Source: an uncultured Flavobacteriaceae bacterium (GTDB lineage Bacteria > Bacteroidota > Bacteroidia > Flavobacteriales > Flavobacteriaceae). From it: 64,000 nt of DNA. Location: the NCBI GenBank assembly GCA_964517835.1, contig CAZFEV010000012.1, positions 2,896 to 66,895 on the forward strand. Reading direction: 5' to 3'. Positions within the stretch are counted from its first letter, which is position 1. Each line of letters opens with the position of its first letter. The position numbers were made by a program, and so were the translations under genes. This document shows, piece after piece, positions 9,469 to 19,047 of this stretch. The notes beneath the pieces were generated by a model that was not told the origin of the DNA, did not search any database, and saw only the letters and a program-made list of their open reading frames with translations.

Positions 9469-9831
9469 ATGTTAGACCAATTTTATATTACAATATTTAA
9501 CCATTACAAAAAGAAGTTTGGCAAGAAGAGTTTATCTATTGCCCTTTTTTACATTAATTTTCTAGAACTGGCTTTACTTTTAGTAATTGGATTATTCTTT
9601 ATGGCTTTTGCAACGCAGATGAAACTAACTGTAATGTCATTGCATAAGTTTTGGATACTATTCTCAATAGTTTCACTATTTATAATTTTTAAAAACTGGA
9701 TGCGATTTAATGGTAAACGCCGAAACGTTCTTAATGCAAAATTAAAAGCAAAGAAAACGTCAATACTATTAATATGGCTTTTACCTATTGGGTGTCTAAC
9801 CTTAGCTTTTGTCCTATTTCAGGCCATATAA
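9469..9831 (+). CDS. Hypothetical membrane protein
   Basis: 120 aa with three hydrophobic segments. Confidence 0.7.
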   Translation: MLDQFYITIFNHYKKKFGKKSLSIALFYINFLELALLLVIGLFFMAFATQMKLTVMSLHKFWILFSIVSLFIIFKNWMRFNGKRRNVLNAKLKAKKTSILLIWLLPIGCLTLAFVLFQAI

Positions 9832-9861
9832 CAACACTCAAACTGAGATCAGTTATTCAGT

Positions 9862-9891
9862 AAAAAAAAACGCTATCCAATCGGATAGCGT
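9862..9891 (-). terminator. Intrinsic terminator for the HMA gene
   Basis: Minus strand ACGCTATCC-GATT-GGATAGCG followed by a T run. Confidence 0.8.
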
Positions 9892-9917
9892 CTCAAATAT
9901 ATTTTTAGAGTCTGTAT

Positions 9918-10439
9918 TTAAGACTTCATCTCTTTTTTAGCGCAGGCTTTTTTGCACGCCGCACTACAGTCTTTCTTACTCATATCTTTGTCACCTTTTT
10001 TTGCACAAGCTTTCTTACACTCAGCACTACAAGGCTTCTTTTCTTTACTAGTACCAAAGTCTTCAACCAACTTCATATCTTTAACTTTGTACACATCTGC
10101 AACATTAGTAACTGTCTCTTCCAAAGACTCAGGTGACACCTTTGCTTCATCATACTCTACCATAGCTAATCTCTTGTCAAAATCTACTTTTGCAGACTTC
10201 ACACCTTCCATTTTAGCCATTTTCTTTTCGATGGTCTTAGCACAACCCATTTCGCAAGTCATTCCTTCGATACCAAATTCTACTTTTGCATATGTGGCAT
10301 TTGGGTCTAATGAAGATGCTACATCTTCCTTATTTACCTCAACATCTACAGTTTTAACTTCTGGTTGTGCATCATTTTTACAAGATGTAAAAGCCAAACC
10401 TACTATCGCGATTGCGATGATTCCTTTTAATAATTTCAT
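9918..10439 (-). CDS. Heavy-metal-associated (HMA) domain lipoprotein with Cys/Lys-rich tail
   Basis: Lipobox FTSC; GMTCEMGC metal loop; two CSAxCKKACAKK repeats. Confidence 0.85.
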   Translation of the reverse strand: MKLLKGIIAIAIVGLAFTSCKNDAQPEVKTVDVEVNKEDVASSLDPNATYAKVEFGIEGMTCEMGCAKTIEKKMAKMEGVKSAKVDFDKRLAMVEYDEAKVSPESLEETVTNVADVYKVKDMKLVEDFGTSKEKKPCSAECKKACAKKGDKDMSKKDCSAACKKACAKKEMKS

Positions 10440-10560
10440 CAGTATATATTTATTGATTTAAAACGTATTTAGAATTATAAAATTTCGCTAAATCTACTAA
10501 ATATTGCCCTTTCTTGCGAGAGAATTAACGACTTTTGTGATTGTTTTACAGGAATATTGC

Positions 10561-11439
10561 ATGAAAGAGCCCAACCTAAAGTGGATTTACCTCATTATTC
10601 TTTCAATTATATGGGGAAGTTCATTTATTCTAATTAAGAAGTCACTCTTAGGACTTACACCTTACCAGTTAGGTGCACTTAGAACAATCATATCTGGTGT
10701 TATATTACTCACGCTTGGGTTTAACAAACTCAAAGTCATTCCGAAGCATAAATGGAAATGGTTATTCCTATCCGGACTTTGTGGGTCATTTATTCCTGCA
10801 TTTTTCTTTGCCATCGCCGAAACAGAAATTGATAGTGCTGTAGTGTCTGTTTTGAACTCTCTGGTACCCTTAAACACAATCTTATTAGGTTTTGCGGTTT
10901 TTAGAATTTCATCAACACTTCGCCAAATTACAGGTGTTGCCATCGGTTTTATTGGTACAGCAATTTTAATTCTTAAAGGTGCCGATTTAAACCCTAATCA
11001 AAATTACTTATATGCAGGTTTTGTAATTGCTTCTACATTAATGTATGCCGCTAATGTCAATATTATTAAACGTTATTTGCAAGATGTAAAACCTTTAGCT
11101 ATTGCGGCTGGTAATTACTTTTTTATAGTTATACCTGCTTTTATCATTTTACTGTTTACAGACTTTTTTACAACAGAACGATTGCATCACCCAGATTTGA
11201 TAAGTTCAATTATTTATGTTGTTATTCTCTCGGTCTTTGGAACCGCTTTGGCAAAATTATTCTTTTATAAGCTTGTACAAATATCAACGCCTGTTTTTGC
11301 GTCTTCTGTAACTTATATTATGCCAATTGTGGCTTTAGCTTGGGGCATTTTAGATGGTGAAGCTTTTAGTCTTATACAAGGTCTTGCCTCTTTACTAATA
11401 CTTGCAGGTGTGTATTTGTCTCATAAACGTAAAACATAA
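10561..11439 (+). CDS. DMT/EamA family transporter
   Basis: IWGSSFILIK start and about 10 TM helices; ATG 10561 preferred. Confidence 0.88.
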   Translation: MKEPNLKWIYLIILSIIWGSSFILIKKSLLGLTPYQLGALRTIISGVILLTLGFNKLKVIPKHKWKWLFLSGLCGSFIPAFFFAIAETEIDSAVVSVLNSLVPLNTILLGFAVFRISSTLRQITGVAIGFIGTAILILKGADLNPNQNYLYAGFVIASTLMYAANVNIIKRYLQDVKPLAIAAGNYFFIVIPAFIILLFTDFFTTERLHHPDLISSIIYVVILSVFGTALAKLFFYKLVQISTPVFASSVTYIMPIVALAWGILDGEAFSLIQGLASLLILAGVYLSHKRKT

Positions 11440-11470
11440 AAAAAGCCGAAGCGTAAATGCTTCGGCTTTC
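11438..11470. terminator. Terminator between convergent genes
   Basis: AAAAAAGCCGAAGC-GTAAAT-GCTTCGGCTTT. Confidence 0.8.
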
Positions 11471-11489
11471 TAAATAATATTACTATTTC

Positions 11490-13583
11490 TTAGTTGAAAT
11501 CTTCGGCAGAAACGCCTTCATTTATTTTAACTTCTGTGGCATCAAAAGTAAATGACTGTGGTCCTGTAGTTACCTTCATAGTATGAGGAATCATAACACC
11601 ATCTACTGCTTTATAATTTGAATAATCAGTGACAGTTGTAACCGATTGTCCTTGAGCCTCACTTGTAGACTCAGTTCGCATTAAGTAACCAGTAGCTACA
11701 TCATAATATCTATAGGTTGCTTCTTCACCTTTCATTACCTTCACTTTATAAGCATCTTTTCCTTCAACAGATACCATACTCTCTAAAGTAATATCAGCAA
11801 CATCTACTGATAACTCTGGGAATAATCCTTTTTTAGCTTTGCTAGACTCAACATCTTTTGCCTCCATAGGAATTTTTTGTCCCTGCTGCATCATGTAACC
11901 ATTTTGTCCATCAAAATTTTGCTTCATTAATGTTCCCATACCTTCTGCGATAATCTCCATAGAAGATTTATTTGGTGCCATTTGCTTTTGGATTGCCTTT
12001 GGCTTAAATGGTGCGCCTGGTATTGTTACTTCGGAAATAATTAAAGTAGTATTTACGGCTTTAAGCGTCTCTTCACCACCAACTGCACTTACATATTTTT
12101 GCATCACATCAGCAGCCGTTAATCCTTCTGGTAAAGGTTTAGTAAATACTGGCTTTTCGGTTTTATTAGCATACTTATCGTAATATAAAATTGGAAGACC
12201 TGTTTTTTCTAAGTTATCAAGGACTTCACTTCCTTTACCAACAATTACAATTCTTGGATTGTCACTGATATATTTATTTGCTACTCTAGTTACATCTTCA
12301 ATACTTACATCATTGATTTTTTGAAGATAAGTACTATAAAAATCCTGAGGTAAATCATTAAGTTTTATATTAAGTGCAAAAGACGCTATTGTTTGAGGAC
12401 TTTCTAATCCCATAATAAAGTTTCCAACATACTTAGCTTTAGAGTCTTTTAAAAGTTGTGCATCAACAGGTTCTGTTTTAATACGCTTAATCTCATTTAA
12501 AAATTCTACTACTGCACTATCCGTTACAGCATTTCTAACTTTAGCTGAAGCATTAAAACGCCCCAATCCGTATCTACTTGCTCCTAAGCTTGAATATGCC
12601 CCATAAGTATATCCTTTATCTTCTCTTAGGTTTTTAAATAAGTAACCTGATCCGCCACCACCAAGGATGTTATTAGTCATTAAAGCAGCATGATAATCTT
12701 CATCACTCATTTTTAAATCTACATTATTAGTCACATAAATACTTGACTGTGTAGAACTTGGATTATCCACAAAATTAATTTGAGCGTATTGTGCATTTGG
12801 CGCAGCTGGTTGTAACGGTATATCAATTTCTACTGCATTATCCCATTCACCAAAATACTTTTTTACCTTTTTCTTTACATCTTTAAATTCTACATCACCT
12901 ATAACAACTAAATATGCATTGCTAGGATTAAAGTATTTCTGATAGAAGCTTAATACATCAGAGAAGGTTACATTATTAATGGTTTCCTCTGTTACATACT
13001 CACCATAAGCATGATTTTTTCCATAAGCTAAAACTCCTCTTACTCTACTGCTTATTGCATCTACATTCTTTTCATCTTGTTTAAGACCCTCAATAAGTTT
13101 TTCTTTCTCTTTTTTAAACTCTTCTTCAGTTAATAAAGGGTTTAATGCTGCATCAGCCATTAATTCTAAAATACGATCTGCGTACTTTGAAAGAGAACTT
13201 GCATATCCTCTAGAAAAGCCAAAACTTAAATTAGCACCCAAGAAGTCAATTTCTTCATTAAAGTCGTCTTTTGAAATTGATGTTGTACCATTTCCTAACA
13301 TCGCACCAAGTATGCTTTCTATACCTGCTTTATCACCTGTAGTAATCGGGTTATTATCTATTCTTAAAGAATAAGACACTCTTGGTAGCTTGTGATTTTC
13401 TACAACTAAAACCTGCAATCCATTTTTTAAACTAAACTCTTTTGGAGTGTCTAAATTTATTTCTGGCTCAGGTCCAGATTTAGGCATTTGAGATCTATCT
13501 AACTGCGCATGCAATCCTAAAGACATAAATGTAAATAGGATAAATGCTAAAGCCTTTGTATTCATTTTATATACTAGTTTCAT
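11490..13583 (-). CDS. M16 (insulinase) family non-catalytic subunit with C-terminal extension
   Basis: LKNGLQVLVVENHKLP and NLREDKGYTYGAYS; no HxxEH motif; start may be 13565. Confidence 0.85.
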   Translation of the reverse strand: MKLVYKMNTKALAFILFTFMSLGLHAQLDRSQMPKSGPEPEINLDTPKEFSLKNGLQVLVVENHKLPRVSYSLRIDNNPITTGDKAGIESILGAMLGNGTTSISKDDFNEEIDFLGANLSFGFSRGYASSLSKYADRILELMADAALNPLLTEEEFKKEKEKLIEGLKQDEKNVDAISSRVRGVLAYGKNHAYGEYVTEETINNVTFSDVLSFYQKYFNPSNAYLVVIGDVEFKDVKKKVKKYFGEWDNAVEIDIPLQPAAPNAQYAQINFVDNPSSTQSSIYVTNNVDLKMSDEDYHAALMTNNILGGGGSGYLFKNLREDKGYTYGAYSSLGASRYGLGRFNASAKVRNAVTDSAVVEFLNEIKRIKTEPVDAQLLKDSKAKYVGNFIMGLESPQTIASFALNIKLNDLPQDFYSTYLQKINDVSIEDVTRVANKYISDNPRIVIVGKGSEVLDNLEKTGLPILYYDKYANKTEKPVFTKPLPEGLTAADVMQKYVSAVGGEETLKAVNTTLIISEVTIPGAPFKPKAIQKQMAPNKSSMEIIAEGMGTLMKQNFDGQNGYMMQQGQKIPMEAKDVESSKAKKGLFPELSVDVADITLESMVSVEGKDAYKVKVMKGEEATYRYYDVATGYLMRTESTSEAQGQSVTTVTDYSNYKAVDGVMIPHTMKVTTGPQSFTFDATEVKINEGVSAEDFN

Positions 13584-14914
13584 TATTCTTCGTCTTTTTT
13601 AGGTAGGTATTCTAATTCTACTCTCTGATTTGGACTTAAATACTTTTTAGCCACATCTCTAATCTCTTCTCGTGTAATTGATCTGTATATCTCTATTTCT
13701 TCATTAATAAGATTCACATTATCATATAATAAGTAATAGGTTGCTAAAGATCCTGCAATACCTTCAACGCTAGAATTAGAATTTACAAATTGATTTTCAA
13801 ACTGATTTATCAATTTTTGGTGATCTCTTTCAGAAATTAATTCTGTTTGCATTTTTGCTATTTCTTCATCCATTTCATCTAATAAAGTATCTAATGTTAC
13901 TTCTCCCATTGGGATTGCAAAAAGTGCAAAAACATTATAGTCCATTTGACCTAAATTAATGGCCTGAACTGCTAACGCTTGTTTTTGTTCATCTACAATT
14001 TTCTTATACAATACAGAGCTTTTTCCTCCACTTAAATATGAAGAAATCATATCTAGTATATAAGCATCTCTTGTACCAAAACCAGGTGTGCGATAGGTAG
14101 CAATTATTGCTGGTACTTGAATATTAGGGTCATAAGCTTGCGCTTTGATAGTCTCAGTTATAGGCTCTTCCATAGGGAAGTTTCTTTCTGGTACTGGTCT
14201 ACTTTTTACTTCACTAAAGTACTGCTTCACCAATTCTTTCGTTTCAGCCGTGTCAAAATCACCAGCAACAATTAGAACCGCATTATTAGGCCCATAATAA
14301 TTCTTGAAGTAATCGTAAAATTCTTCTAAAGTAGAAGCATCTAAGTCTTCCATGTATCCAATATTTGGGTACTTGTATGGATGTACGTTAAATAGATTTT
14401 TACTAATTTCTTCTAAAGCCTTACCATAAGGAGCATCATATCGCTGACGCTTTTCTTCCTTAACAACCTCATTTTGTGTATCTACACCTACCTGATCAAT
14501 AACTGGATGCAACATACGTTCAGACTCTAACCATAAACCCAACTCTAATTTGTTAGATGGGAATATCTCGTAGTAATAGGTTCTATCCTGTGAAGTGTTT
14601 GCGTTAAATGTACCGCCATTAGCAGGTATAATTTTCATAAACTCACCTCTTTCGATATTTTCAGAACCTTCAAATAAAAGGTGTTCGAAAAAGTGTGCAA
14701 AACCAGTTCTTAAACCTGTTTCTGGTTTTCCACCAAGGTCTTTTCCTCCTACGTCATACATTACAGATGTAATGACAACTGGAGCTGAATTGTCTTGATG
14801 TAAAATTACATGAAGACCATTATCTAAATCGAACTCTGTGAACTCTACTTGTTGCGCATTGGCTTGAAAACCAATAAAAGCAGACAGAGCTAATGTAAAT
14901 AAGCTTTTTCTCAT
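13583..14914 (-). CDS. M16 family zinc metallopeptidase, catalytic subunit
   Basis: Signal peptide; HFFEH (HxxEH), NANTSQDRTYY; one-base overlap with the partner gene. Confidence 0.92.
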   Translation of the reverse strand: MRKSLFTLALSAFIGFQANAQQVEFTEFDLDNGLHVILHQDNSAPVVITSVMYDVGGKDLGGKPETGLRTGFAHFFEHLLFEGSENIERGEFMKIIPANGGTFNANTSQDRTYYYEIFPSNKLELGLWLESERMLHPVIDQVGVDTQNEVVKEEKRQRYDAPYGKALEEISKNLFNVHPYKYPNIGYMEDLDASTLEEFYDYFKNYYGPNNAVLIVAGDFDTAETKELVKQYFSEVKSRPVPERNFPMEEPITETIKAQAYDPNIQVPAIIATYRTPGFGTRDAYILDMISSYLSGGKSSVLYKKIVDEQKQALAVQAINLGQMDYNVFALFAIPMGEVTLDTLLDEMDEEIAKMQTELISERDHQKLINQFENQFVNSNSSVEGIAGSLATYYLLYDNVNLINEEIEIYRSITREEIRDVAKKYLSPNQRVELEYLPKKDEE

Positions 14915-15122
14915 TAGTATTAATCTTTAAATTTTAAAATAGTTTTAGTGTTTGTAGTGCTTAAGTGCTTATTGTTACACTAAGCCCCACAAAAATAGAA
15001 AAGTAGGTTTCATTTTAACATAATTAAATGTGAAAACTTTAATAATTTAAAATCTTCAATAAAAACTACTTTTCTCAGTAGAGACAAAAAGAATGCCAAA
15101 TCGCCCCAAAAGCCCTAAAACA

Positions 15123-15153
15123 TTTGTAGATTAAGAATTTAGGAGTATATTTG
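15123..15153 (+). promoter_or_regulatory. Bacteroidota primary-sigma promoter of rplU-rpmA
   Basis: TTTG (15123-15126), 19-bp spacer, TATATTTG (15146-15153). Confidence 0.8.
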
Positions 15154-15214
15154 CATCCGCTTTCTGAGAAAAGGAAGTATGTAATTAAACACAAATTAAT
15201 AAAAACGTTACGCT

Positions 15215-15700
15215 ATGTACGCAATTGTAGAGATAGCAGGGCATCAATTTAAAGTTGAAAAAGACCAAAAAGTTTTTGTTAACCGTTTATCTACAGAAGA
15301 AGGTAAAAAAGTATCTTTTGACAACGTTCTTCTGATAGGAAATGGTAACGATGTTACTTTAGGCGCCCCAGCTATAGACGGAGCACAAGTAAGTGCAAAA
15401 GTCTTAAAGCACCTTAAAGGTGATAAGGTAGTAGTTTTCAAAAAGAAAAGACGTAAAGGTTACCGTGTAAAAAATGGTCACAGACAAGCCTTAACAGAAA
15501 TCGTAATTGAAGGTATCACTGCTTCTGGAGCTAAGAAAGCTGCTCCTAAAAAAGAAACAAAGTCAACTCCTGAAGTTGCTGAGGACACTCAAGACTTAAG
15601 TAAGATGACTGTAGCACAATTAAAAGAGATGGCTAAAGCTAAAGGAATTGAAGGTATTTCTTCTATGAAGAAAGCTGACTTAATTGCTGCTTTAAGCTAG
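15215..15700 (+). CDS. rplU: 50S ribosomal protein L21 with C-terminal Rho-N-like extension
   Basis: MYAIVEIAGHQFKV...KKKRRKGYRVKNGHRQ plus a tail LSKMTVAQLKEMAKAKGIEGISSMKKADLIAAL. Confidence 0.97.
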   Translation: MYAIVEIAGHQFKVEKDQKVFVNRLSTEEGKKVSFDNVLLIGNGNDVTLGAPAIDGAQVSAKVLKHLKGDKVVVFKKKRRKGYRVKNGHRQALTEIVIEGITASGAKKAAPKKETKSTPEVAEDTQDLSKMTVAQLKEMAKAKGIEGISSMKKADLIAALS

Positions 15701-15728
15701 AATATTAACAATATAAAACCTTAAGACA

Positions 15729-15989
15729 ATGGCTCATAAGAAAGGAGTTGGTAGTTCTAAAAACGGTAGAGAATCAGAATCGAAACGCTTAGGTGTTAAA
15801 ATTTTTGGTGGACAAGCTGCTATCGCTGGGAACATCATCGTAAGACAAAGAGGTAATACACATCACCCAGGTGAAAACGTATACCAAGGAAAAGACCACA
15901 CTTTACACGCTAAAGTTGATGGTATCGTACAGTTTACTAAGAAAAAAGACAATAAGTCTTATGTTTCTATAGCTCCATTTGAAGCTTAA
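15729..15989 (+). CDS. rpmA: 50S ribosomal protein L27
   Basis: [24 protein letters not shown]. Confidence 0.98.
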   Translation: MAHKKGVGSSKNGRESESKRLGVKIFGGQAAIAGNIIVRQRGNTHHPGENVYQGKDHTLHAKVDGIVQFTKKKDNKSYVSIAPFEA

Positions 15990-16014
15990 GAAATCAATTC
16001 TTAAACATATCATG

Positions 16015-16045
16015 AAACCCTTTCTATTACAGAAAGGGTTTTTTT
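16015..16045 (+). terminator. Intrinsic terminator after rpmA
   Basis: AAACCCTTTCT-ATTAC-AGAAAGGGTTTTTTT. Confidence 0.85.
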
Positions 16046-16092
16046 ATTACAATAAATTCACTTTTACCTTGTTCTGTATAAAACCATCATTA

Positions 16093-16815
16093 ATGAAATC
16101 ATTCATATCTTCCATATGCCTACTGTTCTTAATTAATAGTTGTAAATCTTCATTAACTAAAGCAGAATTAATACAAGAAAATAACATTCTTAAAGAACGA
16201 ATCTTAGAACTTGAAAGCACAAATAATCAAGACCTTAAAGCAGCTGTTGAATTAAAAAAAATGAATGTAGTTTATAGAGGTCTTAACAACCCAATTTATA
16301 TATCTAAACCCAATGCTGTCTCTTTTGAAGCTTCTGCTCCGGGTCTTAAAAAAATTGATAGTTTAGGCAACTATAAATTTAGTCCTGGAAGAGGAAGAAC
16401 AGTAGATATCATAATTAAATCAAAACTTAATAATGGTGATACTTTAACTGAGAAAAAGACTTTGAGAATTAAGGACATTGGACTAATTTACATTACAGTT
16501 AATAATATTGGATGTGGAACTAAGTGTATTGTACAACTGACAAAAGAAGAATTAATGAATATTAAAGTAGGTGTTAAAGCAATTGACTTTTTGTTTGATT
16601 GGAAATTAAAAGTTAACGGCTTTAAAATTCATTTTCAAGATAACTCCTATAACATAGAAGGAAACCTTATCGATAACCAAACAAAGCATAAAATCAAAAA
16701 CTTAAAAAAAGGTGATCGGGTAATTATTTATGACATAAAATCAAAAATTCAAAAAGGCGGCACGCACATTAGATATAAAAACCCTGCACCAGTAATCATA
16801 AATATTGTTGACTAA
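16093..16815 (+). CDS. Lipoprotein with GldM C-terminal-like domains
   Basis: Lipobox LINSC, short coiled coil, then KMNVVYRGLNNPIYIS and GDRVIIYDIK...APVIINI resembling the GldM/PorM C-terminus. The ORF-track start (15979) runs through the rpmA terminator. Confidence 0.7.
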   Translation: MKSFISSICLLFLINSCKSSLTKAELIQENNILKERILELESTNNQDLKAAVELKKMNVVYRGLNNPIYISKPNAVSFEASAPGLKKIDSLGNYKFSPGRGRTVDIIIKSKLNNGDTLTEKKTLRIKDIGLIYITVNNIGCGTKCIVQLTKEELMNIKVGVKAIDFLFDWKLKVNGFKIHFQDNSYNIEGNLIDNQTKHKIKNLKKGDRVIIYDIKSKIQKGGTHIRYKNPAPVIINIVD

Positions 16816-16869
16816 ATATGAAGATTTCGTCAGTTTTTTTTACCAATTTAAACTCAAAATCATCTCAAA

Positions 16870-17202
16870 ATGAAACACTTACTTTTACTTCTCACTGTCT
16901 TTTTGACTTTTAATTGCGTAGCTCAGTCAAAGGCTAAAGGTTGCAAAATTGAACTTAAAAAAGAACACATAACAACCGAAAAACTTACTAGTGTTTGTGA
17001 ATTTTTATAAGATAAAGCGATTACAAGTTATAAGGTTAAAGTGCGAGGTAAACGCACACTCTCTTTGACTGGCGATTTAATTAGTAAAAAAGCACAACTT
17101 TATATTTCTAATGCTGAGATTGGTGATTACATTACAATTTTTGATATTAAAACCAAACTAGATGAAGACCTACCACCAATTGTTATTACTTTGATAGAAT
17201 AA
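16870..17202 (+). pseudogene. Small secreted GldM-C-like gene interrupted by an in-frame TAA
   Basis: ATG 16870 with signal peptide MKHLLLLLTVFLTFNCVAQ, TAA 17008-17010, then the same frame continues DKAITSYKVK...IGDYITIFDIK...PPIVITLIE to TAA 17200-17202. Confidence 0.7.
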
Positions 17203-17205
17203 CAT

Positions 17206-18975
17206 TTAAACTATTTCCATCTTCTTTAATAAAAAGCTGGCATTCATGTTTTGACAAATGCCTTTTTTTAGCTTGTAGTCAAAGTAGAGTTCGTCATTAA
17301 CAATTTCGGCATCAAAATAATAGTTCTTTACTTCTTCTAACTCTTCTGTAATTTCACAGAGACTTAAATCATGTGTAGCAATTATACCTGTAGCATGACC
17401 ACTTACTAATTTTTCGACAAACTTTCGAGACCCTATGGCTTTATCTGTGCTGTTTGTCCCTTTTAATATTTCATCTAAAATGATAAAATAAGGTTCTTTA
17501 GCAATAGCATCTACAATAAACTTAAGTCTAGTTAATTCGGAAAAGAAGTAACTACTATCATCAGTCAAAGAGTCGCTAGTACGCATACTTGTAATCAATT
17601 TTACAGGTGAATACTTACTAGAAGAAGCACATACTGGTAGACCTACATTGGCCATAATTATATGTAGTGATATGGTTCTGAGGAATGTACTTTTACCTGC
17701 CATATTTGCACCAGTTACAATAAAAAACTGTTGGTTCTCAATAAGCACATCACTAGTAATACGCTTATTTTCATGCAGCATCGGATGGCCTAAATCTTTT
17801 GCATTTATGGTAGCCTGCATTTCTACAATCTCAGGATAACTAAACTTTTGATGATTAAAAGCGTAAGTACCCAAACTATTAAACGCATCAAAAAATGTGA
17901 CCACTTCAAACCAATCTTCAACCTTATCTGCATGAGCTTCTATCCAGTTTTCAATTCTATAACTGTTTCGTATATCGGTAAGAAGATAACCGTTTCCAAA
18001 TATGGCTCCTATCAGATTATTTCTATTGTCTAAAGCGTCTAAATACTTTGAAAATTGTTTAAATATTTCAGAGGCTTTTTGAGTTTTAGATTCAATTTTT
18101 TGTTGTTTCTCTTTAAGTAACTCTGAAGTAGATTGTTTCTGCTCTATTTGCTCTAGTAAAGTTGAATATTGCTTAAACGTATCTTTTACTTTGTCACAAT
18201 TAGCTGATAATACATTGATTTTTTTGAGATAGATACCCGTAATACCAAGACCAATAAATAACCAGTATCCAAAAAAAGAAATAGGCATGAACTCAAGAAT
18301 CGTTAAGACGAGCAAAAGCACTGATGCAAGAGCAAAAACAATAGACAAACTTAATGCATAACTCGGTGTGAATCGTTTATGAGATTTTAACCAGTTTATA
18401 ATCTGACTGGCTGGTGTTTCAGTTTCAATCAATTTACCTTTAGCGCCATAAAGTTGTAACCAGTCTATATTTTCAGACAATTCTTTGATAGCATCTTGCT
18501 TATCTAAAATACGCGCTGTGTCATTAGCTTTCAATAGACTTGCTAACTTCTGGGAACCTTCAGATAGTGACGTTCTATTTGTGTATTGGTAGAAAGATCC
18601 TTCACCAAAAAGATCTACATCATAGCTGTAAAAATGCTTAGGATCATGAAATTGATTTCCATTTGGTCTAAAAGCATACTTACCATCACCAATGAGAAGC
18701 TCTTCCTCATTAATTAGTAATAACGCTTTGTTAAGCTCTAGTTCGGATTTCTTATCTGTAAATTTGGAAATGGATACCGCAAACAATGAAATCCCTAAAA
18801 TTGATATGACAGCAACTAACCATAATGTATGAAATGAAAAGTAAATACCTATCGCTGCCACAACAAAAACCAACAGTCTTACGGTACTGAGAATAACAAG
18901 CTGCTTCTTTAAAACACTGATGTGTTTCTTATACGATTTAACCTTTGCTTTGTATATTGAATTGGGATGATTCAT
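17206..18975 (-). CDS. Membrane-anchored MutS-related ATPase (MutS domain V), not the canonical mismatch-repair MutS
   Basis: N-terminal TM segments; TGANMAGKST Walker A, SYFFSEL, LDEILKGTN, ATHD; ATG 18975 preferred over TTG 19002. Confidence 0.88.
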   Translation of the reverse strand: MNHPNSIYKAKVKSYKKHISVLKKQLVILSTVRLLVFVVAAIGIYFSFHTLWLVAVISILGISLFAVSISKFTDKKSELELNKALLLINEEELLIGDGKYAFRPNGNQFHDPKHFYSYDVDLFGEGSFYQYTNRTSLSEGSQKLASLLKANDTARILDKQDAIKELSENIDWLQLYGAKGKLIETETPASQIINWLKSHKRFTPSYALSLSIVFALASVLLLVLTILEFMPISFFGYWLFIGLGITGIYLKKINVLSANCDKVKDTFKQYSTLLEQIEQKQSTSELLKEKQQKIESKTQKASEIFKQFSKYLDALDNRNNLIGAIFGNGYLLTDIRNSYRIENWIEAHADKVEDWFEVVTFFDAFNSLGTYAFNHQKFSYPEIVEMQATINAKDLGHPMLHENKRITSDVLIENQQFFIVTGANMAGKSTFLRTISLHIIMANVGLPVCASSSKYSPVKLITSMRTSDSLTDDSSYFFSELTRLKFIVDAIAKEPYFIILDEILKGTNSTDKAIGSRKFVEKLVSGHATGIIATHDLSLCEITEELEEVKNYYFDAEIVNDELYFDYKLKKGICQNMNASFLLKKMEIV

Positions 18976-19000
18976 GACTAAAATTAAGAAGTAAAGAAAC

Positions 19001-19030
19001 AAAAAATCCCAAGATTAGTCTTGAGATTTT
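19001..19030 (-). terminator. Intrinsic terminator after the kinase genes
   Basis: Minus strand AAAATCTCAAGAC-TA-ATCTTGGGATTTTTT. Confidence 0.6.
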
Positions 19031-19047
19031 ATTTGATAATTCTATTT

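Noticed and set aside
9952-10461. 169-aa plus-strand ORF and other overlapping short ORFs (e.g. 8165-8641, 30060-30467, 46829-47149)
   Set aside because: Antisense or alternative-frame shadows of well-supported genes with no motifs of their own
15979-16092. Longer N-terminus for the GldM-like lipoprotein
   Set aside because: It overlaps rpmA and its terminator; the lipoprotein signal begins at ATG 16093
17206-18975. Calling this gene mutS
   Set aside because: It lacks the mismatch-recognition N-terminal domains and has TM segments; only the ATPase domain is MutS-like
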